A DNA stretch of 63,902 nucleotides, counting the filler, from Octopus bimaculoides (taxonomy: Eukaryota): the NCBI RefSeq assembly GCF_001194135.2. It is 6 parts of 6 records of this genome, joined end to end, with 100 filler letters (N's around TTAATTAATTAA, not from the genome) between each part and the next. Parts side by side here need not be neighbours in the genome. Positions count along the whole stretch, not along the records: positions 30,964 to 60,426 come from NC_068997.1; positions 60,527 to 62,281 come from NC_068983.1; positions 62,382 to 63,902 come from NC_068984.1; 3 more parts are not named here. One strand, written 5' to 3'. The notes beneath the pieces were generated by a model. That model worked only from the letters and a program-made list of their open reading frames with translations, was not told where the DNA came from and did no database searches. The position numbers and the translations under genes are program-made. Position 1 is the stretch's first letter, and every line of letters begins with the position of its first letter. Positions 53,734-63,902 of this stretch are shown piece after piece.

Positions 53734-55345
53734 ACTATGTACACTCGGACATTCACAGATATATATTTTTCATCCTTACGAAATATTTCTGATTATATTT
53801 CAATCTCCTTTCTCATTTCTGCAAGTTAATCTTCAGTTATTTTTTGATGTTCATTCGTTTATTAGAGGCCTATGCAAAGTTACGAACAAATATGGCCGCA
53901 ATAATCTTCTTGAATGTTCAGTTATAAGAGTTCCTGATTTTTCCTTCACCGATCTTGACTATACGTATTAAATAATTTCACCACAATCATCTTTTGTTTC
54001 TGCCATTGATGTTAAAATATCATTGAGTTTACTACTGTGTTCATGCCAAAAATACTGATTTATATCCGAAGAAAATATTGCACACATCTGTATGTATGTA
54101 TATATATATATACATGCACACATACGTACACATACACACACACACACCTGTGTATATATATATATATATATATATATNNNNNNNNNNNNNNNNNNNNNNN
54201 NNNNNNNNNNNNNNNNNNNNNNNNNNNNNNNNNNNNNNNNNNNNNNNNNNNNNNNNNNNNNNNNNNNNNNNNNNNNNNNNNNNNNNNNNNNNNNNNGTGT
54301 GTGTGTGCATGTTTGTGTTTTACCTTTTATCTTTTACTTGTTTTAGTTATTAGAGTGCCGCCTTGAAGAGTTCTATCGGTTTCCCGAACCGCTAGCATAC
54401 GGAACGTAAACACACCAACATCGCTTGTTAAGCGGTGGTGGGGTCAGACACACACAAATAAATACGCACAAATACACGCACACACATACACAAAGACACA
54501 CACACACACACACACACATACACACACACACGCACACACACACACACACATGCACACACTCAAATGTATATACATACGACCGATTTCTTTGAATTTCCTT
54601 CTTCGAAATCCACTCAGAAGGCTTTGCTCGGAGCGAATCTTTGGTAGAGGACAGTTGCCCAAGGTGCCCGAAACTAAGGTGAATAAGGGTGCTAGTCAGC
54701 ATCAGCATTCCTGGAAATAAGGGCCAGAACAACTCTTAAACACCGGAGAGTACATATCTAATGACTGACAAGAGAGACAAACACCCCACAGAAATGAGAG
54801 AGAGCGAGATCATCTTTATTTTCGGATTTGATTAATCCTCATCGGTGTCTCTTACTCGGTTGCCGAGGGTCTTGCTTGCTCTTTCTTTTTGTCTCGCTTA
54901 CTGTAGGGAACTTGTGTCAGCCATATTAGATAAGTGTTCCCCCGTGGCTAAGAGCTGTTCTGACTCTTATTTTTAGCAATGTTGGTGCTAAATAGCACTC
55001 TTAGTCACCTTAGTGACGTCTAATACTTTCGATTGTAAATTGCGAATAAGCCACCTTCATAAAGGATAATTTTCCCTTTTACCATTTATGGAACCAGCTT
55101 ATGATCCCTATGGTGTTCCTTATAAACTGACAAGGCAAGTTAACTTTAACCCTCGCAACCGGCTGAGAATCACTGATGAGGATTATTCAAATCCAAAATC
55201 ATCGATGATCTGGCTCTGTCTTGCTTGCTGTAGGGAGCTTGTCTCACTTGTCAGGCATTAAACAAGTGCTTCTCCGTGGCTACGAGTTGTGACTCTTATT
55301 TCTAGCAATGCTGGGGCTGACTGGCACCCTTACTAATCTTAGTGA

Positions 55346-55377
<32 letters not shown>

Positions 55378-55426
55378 CACACGTAAGATCAGCAAAAACT
55401 GTACTCTATATGGAGAGAAATAAATA

Positions 55427-55656
55427 TTATTTGATAAACACAGTAAATGTTTTTAGATGCTGCTATTAGTTTCATGCGATGAAAAAGTGGCAGACACAAT
55501 CTGCAGGTACTGCCCACATGGCATAAGTCGCTAATGCCGCGTGGGCAGTGGCTGATGATTGCGGTGAGACACCAGACATGTCAATAAATACTCTCTGGCA
55601 TGTTTACATCACATGAAACTAATAGTAACACATAAAAGCATATATCGTGTTATTTA

Positions 55657-55661
<5 letters not shown>
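55427..55661. repeat. Diverged foldback with nested inner hairpin
   Basis: About 58-bp imperfect arms plus inner actgcccacatggcat/atgccgcgtgggcagt stem at 55509-55549. Confidence 0.7.
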
Positions 55662-55700
<39 letters not shown>

Positions 55701-56974
55701 GCGCACGCACACATACACACATATATATATACATATATCCACACAATAAGCAATTCCATCATAACGTAATGTTTTACTAAAATCTAAGCTAATAGTTCTC
55801 ACGCGTTAAGTTTTGATTTTCTATTAGAGATAACGAAAGAAAATCTTCTACGCGAATCAACTGAATATTAACCCTTAAGAAGCCTTAGTATTGAATAAAG
55901 CAACGATAGGAACAATAAGACTAAACGCAGTTCATCAGTTTCATTAGTTCCCCTCCCTGGTATGATACTCTTTCATCGTCCCTAAGATGAGTAAGGCACA
56001 GTCAAACTCTGGAGTATTTGAACTCAAATTGCAGAGATGGAGAAAAATGACGCAAGTCATTCTATTCAAAATTTTGATGACGTTTACGCATATCAATCTA
56101 TCCAGAGAGTTTGTCATGAGATCTCGTGATAATATGATTCGAGATGTCAACATACTTGACTTAGTGGCAAAGGAAGATAATTTATAAAAAGGGAAGGAAG
56201 TAACCGTTCTGGTTATTTCCCTCGTATTTTCTTTTACTGATGGTAAGAATATTTAAATATATCGTGGATAAAATATAACAGTGTTGGCGCTTAAATGTTT
56301 TTCCCGTTTATATTCGTATTCAAACGTGTTTGTATGCTTTATATGAATAAATATGAACAATCAGATGAACGTGTTGTATTTAAAGTACTGCTGCATTCGG
56401 ATAGAGGTTATTATCGCTTGTATCAGTCGAGCAGCCCACTTGATGATAGCAATGTAGAAGTTTACAATGATACATATAGTATTCATGAACATGTGTGTGG
56501 GAAGTATGACAGGATGGGATGTCGACATGCGTTCATATTGGTGCCTATGTGAAGAAGCGTGCATCTTCATGTTTGTGCTTTCATATATTTGTACACATTC
56601 CATTGTTCGTGTTATGTGTCTGCTGCGGTTATAGGCAATTACTGTTGTTTTCCATTCAATCATTATATGATGTAACTGAATGTTGCCTGTATTCTACGAT
56701 CATTACGCGGTCACAGAATTGCTGCTACACAGTTGATGGCTAATTAGGAACCGACTATAGAACGTTATCTTGTGTAAGTGATGTATATAACGGAGTGGGG
56801 TGGAGAGGTGGAGATGTGGGGGGAGAGAGACAAAGAGAAACAGACTCTGTGTGTGTGTGTGTGTGTGTATGTGTGTGTGAGGCAGCGTCCAAAGCCATTC
56901 CCTGTCCAACGGTAATACAAATATAAATTCACATATCTTATATGCAAACGTTTGTGCATCTTTTATCTTTTATC

Positions 56975-57387
56975 TTTTTACTTATTTCAGTCATTAGACT
57001 ACGGCCATGCTGGGGCACCAACTTGAACAATTTTTAGTCGAATGAATCGAGTCTAGCACTTTATTTTTAAAGTCTGGTGCTTATTCTAACAGGTTCTCTT
57101 GCTGAACCGCTATGTTACAAGGACGTAAACATACAAACACGGGTTGTCAAGTGGTGGAGGGAGTACAAACACATACACAAAGACACACACACGCACACAC
57201 ACGCGGGCGCGCACACACACTCACACTCACACACATATATACGACGGGCTTCTTTCAGTTTCCGGCTTCTAAATCCTCTCACAAGTCTTTGGTCGGCCCG
57301 AGGCACTAGTAGGAGACACTTTCCCAAGTTACCACGCAGTAGAACTGAACTCAAAACCATGTGATTGAGAAAGAAACTCCTTACCAT
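56975..57387 (+). mobile_element. SINE with internal (CA)n
   Basis: gactacggccatgctggggcacc...atacgacgggcttctttcagtttcc...gaactcaaaaccatgtg. Confidence 0.7.
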
Positions 57388-58339
57388 GTTTATTTTTTGT
57401 TTTGTTTTTATTCATATTGCATTCGGCAAACGATACAAAAATATTTGCGCCCATTCTAGCGCAGGCGTCAAAGAGAAACATGACGTCAATGCAATTGGTC
57501 TGCAGGTATAGACATTCCGAACGAGTTTCAACACCATTCTATCGTATATGCTAATACGTGGAGATCAAGAGAAGTGGTTTATCAGTCTCGATAAACCAAT
57601 GTTTTATTTATGCTTGTAGGTTATATGTTGGAGATGCTGAATCCCGTCTATTGTATTCCTACATGTAAATGTCAATTTGGAGTATTGTTTATTGTATATT
57701 GCGGAGGATTTTTGAAATATCTGCAGGCTTTGTTGTGCAAGCTGTTAGGATATGGGGCTTGTGTGGATATTGGATGTAGGAGTACCCTGGAAGAGTACAC
57801 CATGGACCTAAATGCAACCTAGTGGAACTGAAGGTTTACTTTTTATGGAAAAAGATTCCGTGTCCATTGTTTTTAAATGGGAACTGTACGTCTTCATGTA
57901 ACTTATAATTTGGGGGACTTAAGCCTTTCAGCTGCCAGTGGCTTATTGTCTAGATTTTAGTTTCTTTCTCTTTCGCTTCTATGCGCGCAGATTCGTACAT
58001 ATATATAATTACACGCTGGGAATTTGCCGAGGAGGAATGTATTGAAAGCAATGCTGTCGGCAACCACATCAGCAAATATAGGAATCAACTACCCACACAT
58101 CCCATGAGTTCCATCCGTCGTTCATATCTTGGATCAGTAGCGTCTAACCAGATCACTCTATTAAAGTGTGTGTTGATGGGGCCTGCTACATTATGTATAC
58201 CAATGACTTTATTCCCACCGTTCCTAGCAATAACACCTATTCGTACACAGAAGATATTACTCTTCATTCTCCACTAATATACTTCAATGATACATTGACT
58301 ACCCACAACCAAAACGATACACACTAAATCCACACCGAC

Positions 58340-58915
58340 TCAACGAAAGAGAACACGAAGCATCCTCTAATGAGGATATAGCAATCTCGTCTGTTTCAGC
58401 AGCAATTAAACGCAGAGGAGCTTCATTTAAGGTATATAAAAAAAAATTAAAAAAACATCACCACACCACAGCCACATTAATCATGAACAGAACTCATGAG
58501 TTTTATTATCATCGAGAATGTTCCATCCCCAAGAGTCAGAGATACTCCCACCCTCAAGCAATTATCCATACTTTACAAAGCTCAGGTAAAGCCTACAATG
58601 GAGTATTTCTCTCAAATTGGTTACTGCACAGAAATTCACCTTGGCACACAGGTGAGCTTCCATTTCTACCTGCTTTCTAACAACTCCGACGGCCTTCGTT
58701 CTTTGGGAGTTCTCGAGCTCATACCATCTCATCCCAGGAACTCTCCACCCACTCGTTTCTTCTTCTGCTATCATCCTTGCTCTGTTCCTCCCCGCTCCCT
58801 AATTGCAGTCCTTCCTTCACACAATGCCGGCCCCACTGAGTTTCCCTCCTTGTCCATGTCTTTCCTTACAAATGTTCGAGAAGGTCAGTAATAGCAACAA
58901 CCCCACTGGTCAAGG
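58340..58915 (+). mobile_element. Decayed LINE 3' fragment (CR1/L2/Jockey group RT C-terminus)
   Basis: QLSILYKAQVKPTMEYFSQI resembles the LYKAQVRP.MEY.S.IW post-RT motif. Confidence 0.6.
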
Positions 58916-59143
58916 AAGAACTACAGAAACTTTGGGCATTGTCCTTTCCACCCTATCCGTGAAGAACACAAGCTGAAACATTGTGACACGTACACATGTG
59001 TATACACACACGCACACACACACACACACATATTGCATGTACACGAACATCCTCGCTCTCTCTCTCTCTCTCTCTCATTCTGCCATTTGGTCTTCCTCTT
59101 TCTGTCACTTTTGTCTTTGTGTCTGTCTCTGTCTCTATCTTCT

Positions 59144-59187
<44 letters not shown>

Positions 59188-59807
59188 CCTAATCCACATT
59201 GTCATTCTAGAAAANNNNNNNNNNTTACACCTAATCCACATTGTCATTCTAGAAAACAATTACTGAGGTAACTATATTTGAAGTTTGTGTGTTTTTGTGA
59301 GTGTGTTTGTGTGTTTTTGTGCTTTAGTGTGTGTTGTATTGTGTGTGTGTACGAAATATTTAGTAAACGCTATTAAGACAATGTACAGGTTTCAGCGTTG
59401 AATGAATGTGTGAAATATGGATCACGTATCCGGGGTACATTGGATATCTCTGCTTTCAGATTCTCCTGTCCATACACAAAAGGTACTGCCGAAGTAGCCG
59501 AAGCAGCACCCCTTTTCCTTTCTTTTTTGATGTCTTTACTCATTATTTATGAAATAAACCAGATCCTGACTGAAGGTTATGTCGTTTATAACAGCCTACG
59601 AAATCACAATGGTTGTAGTTTTCTTTTTTTCTTTTTAACAAAAACGAATAACAAATATTAATTAAACCTGACCGGACAAAATTGATAACATTCCTGAAAT
59701 CAGTACACCAAACGATAGGCCAAAGGTCATGTCTGCGGCACTACACTCTGAGTTTCAACTGAGGCAAGTAATTTAAGCAGTGGGTAGATATACCAACATA
59801 CATAGTA

Positions 59808-59950
59808 TATTATTTACATTATTTACTTTTGATGGTTATTTGTCCTCCTCTTGTTTGTTGTTAACACAACGTTTCGGCTGATGTATCCTGGGAGAATTTC
59901 GAACCTGGATTCGCATTCCTAAGGTTTTTTTCCGATGTTTTATTATTATG

Positions 59951-60005
<55 letters not shown>

Positions 60006-60076
60006 TCACTGCCTGGAATCGAACTCGGAATCTTGGCTACTAAGCCCAGGATCCTGTGTTCGATTCCAGGCAGTGA

Positions 60077-60142
<66 letters not shown>

Positions 60143-60299
60143 CAACAACATCGGAAAAATACCTTAGGAATGAGAACCCATGTTCGAAATTCCCCCAGGA
60201 CATCTGATGTAGGCTGGAGAGTACATCAGCAGAAAGGTTGTGTTAACAATAAACAAATTGAGGACAAATATCCGTCAAATGTAAATAATGTAAATAATG
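59808..60299. mobile_element. About 490-bp palindrome built from inverted Penelope-type termini with (TTA)n/(AAT)n arms
   Basis: Arms match in reverse complement, including a perfect 24-bp core (60001-60024 vs 60058-60081); end motif gaggacaaatatccgtcaaatgtaaataatgtaaata also at 29710-29747. Confidence 0.75.
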
Positions 60300-60394
60300 T
60301 GCATAATTCCTCATCTCTCAAATATAGAAGTGTATATACAGTATATATATTGGAAATATATAGCATCACCGAAGGAAAGCCTGATGGTATGTTT

Positions 60395-60426
<32 letters not shown>

Positions 60427-60699
60427 NNNNNNNNNNNNNNNNNNNNNNNNNNNNNNNNNNNNNNNNNNNNTTAATTAATTAANNNNNNNNNNNNNNNNNN
60501 NNNNNNNNNNNNNNNNNNNNNNNNNNATATATATATATATATATATATAAACTAGTCTCGATCCATTCACCTAAAACACTTCTTCAAAGTGACGCCCCAG
60601 CTTGGGCGCATCCTGATGATTAAAACAAGTGAAAGATAAAAGATAAAGACCTATATACGATTGTAAACTTTAATACAGTATAATTTACCATATTTCCGA

Positions 60700-62115
60700 C
60701 TCAATGTTGATATACTTCACCTATACAGCCGCGTTGTGTTGCAATCATATCCAAGTAAGGATAAGCTAACACCTTACGAATATGTGTCATTTTATACAAT
60801 ATCGCATCAATTACTAATATTTAGAATGAACTTATTATGTATATTACACCTGGTCACGTAACATCCAACAAAATTAAGAGAGAAAATGGAATTATATATG
60901 CCATGGAAATTGGAAATATATAAGAACAATTTTATAGATTCTTGAAGAACATAGGACATTTCATAACTATCGAAAATGAACACAACTCCGATACTTCTTA
61001 TACGTTAACGACAATCAGGGATATATAAACCCTACGATAAGCCGAATACCAGCCGAAGTTACATTAACATAAAGAGTAACGATCTAAGAAGTATTACACA
61101 TAGATTAGTTTGAAATATATCAAAGATGATTTTGAATCTCTCCATGAATGAGGTAATTTTTAAACAGAATGTGGACTATTATAATATAGCATTAGGTAAA
61201 GCAGGATATAATCAAAAATTAAAATACTATGGGCCAAATGATAACTCTAATAATAGGAACTATACGCATGAAGTGAGATACAAGTAAAAATTTAAATACT
61301 ATGAAACAAACGTAAATTCTAATAATGCGAACTATGCACAGAACGATATTCACAATAATAAAATTAAAATAGATGAAAATAAACATAATGAAAAAATAAT
61401 TACAGATGGAATTCGATGCAAAATAGAGAATAATATAAGGATAAACACTAAGAAAGAAATAGAAGGCATAAATAAACCAAAAACAAATAACAAGGACAGA
61501 AACAATGAGGAACTAATAAAATTTAAAGATAATAGATTAGAAAGAAGGCCCAAAACAAAGGACTATAATAATGAAAATTGTGACTACTTTAATAGAAACC
61601 TAAATAGGATAACAAATAATAAAACGGTGGTAATTGAGAACCTAAACGGTAATATGCATACCAATTTTGTAAAACGTTACACCCAACGTATAAAAGTAAC
61701 TAACCCCCAGAAAATTACTCCAAAAGGAATTTAATGAAGATAATACAGTATGGTTCATAATGCCATTTTCAAAACAGATTAAAATCAATATAATAAAATT
61801 ATTTTACAAAGCAGTAGCCAAACAATTTTCAAAAGAAAACAAATATCCCTAAATAATAAGGTCACACAGATTAAGGGCGGGTTTCTGTGTTTCAAAAAAC
61901 ATTGTACAAATTATATCTGCAACAAATAATAAAAAAAAATTAATTGATTTCTATAATAACAGAAGTAAGGAAAATACAAATAAGTTAGGCAACGGCCAAA
62001 ATGTCGAAGATAGTAAGGAATACCCAATAAACGAAGGAAGGAAGGCAACCTTTAATTTCTCCATACTAAGATCGAAAAATGTAAATTTGCAGCCTACAAA
62101 AAGAAGAATATATAA
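60700..62115 (+). mobile_element. Decayed Penelope-like element (RT thumb to C-terminal region)
   Basis: YKPYDKPNTSRSYINIKSN..LSMNEVIFKQNVDYYNIALGKAGYNQKLKY and WFIMPFSKQIKINI resemble the PLE YRKP/SNHP and WFNPPFS motifs. Confidence 0.7.
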
Positions 62116-62140
62116 ATGTATTATTATTATTAATATAAAT

Positions 62141-62214
<74 letters not shown>

Positions 62215-62281
62215 TTATGTTTGACTTTTGTTTTGCATTTGTACAAGTTGGATCCAAGTCTCACCCAGAGACCTCAAGAGA
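62116..62281 (-). mobile_element. 3' end of an R4/Dong-like LINE with long (TAA)n tail
   Basis: Minus strand ...ggtctctgggtgagacttggatcc...caaaacaaaagtcaaacataaaataataat; truncated by a gap. Confidence 0.55.
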
Positions 62282-62381
62282 NNNNNNNNNNNNNNNNNNN
62301 NNNNNNNNNNNNNNNNNNNNNNNNNTTAATTAATTAANNNNNNNNNNNNNNNNNNNNNNNNNNNNNNNNNNNNNNNNNNNN

Positions 62382-62755
62382 TACACGTCACAAGTTTGTG
62401 ATCCGTGTAGCTGACTATGTGAAGTTGTGGACACCCTATGCTATCTCTATCTACTCTCCTACACAGTATTCTATCTAGATACGATCTCGACGACCCGATG
62501 CGGTTTGTCCATGTCCATATTGGCGCATTCGGCTGGTCGAGTCGGTACCTGTCAGACAGTTGAAAGCGTCTGAGCAGGTCTTTGAGGCATTTGCATCCCC
62601 GTCTATTCCTATCTCTGCCCACATAGTCTAGATGCGTGTCCAAGGTAGCATTCCAATCCCCCACTAAAAGTAAAGGACGAGACGTTCCTAGGAATACTTC
62701 TAGACGTCGAAAGAAATCCGGCCTACCTGTTAAAGGTGGTGCGTATACTGATATG
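62382..62755 (-). mobile_element. L1/Tx1-type APE endonuclease fragment
   Basis: VYAP, LVGDWNATLD, WTWTN, SYLDRIL, TDHKLV motifs. Confidence 0.88.
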
Positions 62756-63339
62756 AGTCGAAGAACATACATACATAGATACATAGATACATTGGTAGAT
62801 AGATATATAGATAGTGATAGAGAAGTCAGTGGAAGAGGGAGATTTCCATAAGAATCTGCTATATTATGCAGATCAAATTTGCCTATAGCCAAGAATTCAC
62901 AACTAATATTACAGATCGGACGCTTTCTAGTGAGCAGGGGAGGGGGAGAAGGAAGAGGAAGGTGAAGTGGAGAGAAAGTAAGGGCAGAAGATATAAGGAG
63001 GAAAAGAAAGAACTGGATGGAAGAGTAAAGTCAGGAAAATGCAAATACGAGGTAAGGAACATAATATTAATACTAATATTAAGAATACTGAAGAAGATGA
63101 AAAAGCAGTGAAAGAAGGATGAGATAGTTAAGGAAGCTATATTTGGTAACTTTGAATACTGTTTCAGTGTATGTGAAATTACAGTTGTGATGAAATATAT
63201 AATGTTATCCATACTGGAATAAATTGAAACATAGTATATACTTACATACGTGCATACATACATACATACATACATACATACATACATACATACATACATA
63301 CATACTTGTAAAAGACTGATTGGCAAAACCGTGATATCA

Positions 63340-63500
63340 GAAGCGTGACAGTATTAAGAGGAACTTGACCACAATCAGCCTGGACTACACGAAAGCATTC
63401 GATTTTGTTCCTTACTCGTAGATGCCAGAAGCCCTTCGAGATGCTAGAGTTTCAGGTGCATTTATGAATGCTATTGAGAACCTGACTTCGTTCTGACCCG
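63340..63500 (+). mobile_element. RLE-type LINE reverse transcriptase remnant
   Basis: ISLDYTKAFDFVPYS resembles the DYxKAFDSVPH RT motif. Confidence 0.6.
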
Positions 63501-63870
63501 CCATCTGGAAATTAAGTAGAGAATGTTAATCTATTGTCACTTACAAGTTTCAGAATGACCAGGGTATGTTAAAAAAGAAAACAGCACAACAATAATGACG
63601 ATTAATCTTTCAGTAATCCGTAAAACAACAAACTAACACAGTTGTTCGTTGAAAAGGATTTAAAAGTGTATGCCAAGAATACGAATGGTATGCAAAAAGA
63701 AGAGCCTTAACTGATGAGATTCTCAAAGGAGTTTGATCAAAACAAATGTTCGTACCGCGTTGTAAAACGTGAGATAAAACGAGGTATAACTACAAGCCTA
63801 TACAGCAATGTTTCTGTCTATTAGTTTGGCTACTTCCTCCATATCGGCTGAGGAATGCACACACACACAC

Positions 63871-63902
<32 letters not shown>

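Noticed and set aside
59183-59256. 32-bp direct repeat around 10 Ns
   Set aside because: Same unmerged-overlap artefact.
60025-60081. B-box-like GTTCGATTCC suggesting a tRNA gene
   Set aside because: Part of the Penelope-type palindrome; no cloverleaf. I found no bona fide tRNA, rRNA or CRISPR array in the window.

Overview
Repeat-dense, AT-rich, gap-riddled eukaryotic scaffold, most likely an octopus or other coleoid cephalopod (inferred from the tRNA-headed SINE repertoire and very high microsatellite load). Only two host-gene fragments are well supported. The first coding exon of an ABHD2-like lipase lies on + (9527-9684). The last four coding exons of translation initiation factor eIF3L lie on - (24997 down to 19129, polyA signal near 18880). 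I found no other exons of either gene in the sequenced bases. The rest is decayed mobile DNA: MULE, Tc1/mariner and piggyBac-type MITEs, a Helitron helicase, Hero, R4/Dong, RTE, L1/Tx1 and CR1/L2-type LINE fragments, Penelope-like elements, many SINEs and foldbacks. Most long ORFs in the supplied track are N-gap or microsatellite artefacts. Five 100-bp gaps carry an artificial TTAATTAATTAA spacer. I do not see a clearly new biological system. The best leads are the apparent ABHD2/eIF3L antisense interleaving, two decayed minimal hammerhead-like motifs in inverted Penelope-type ends, a same-strand chain of (TAA)n-targeting retroelements, and orphan spliceable minus-strand exons.
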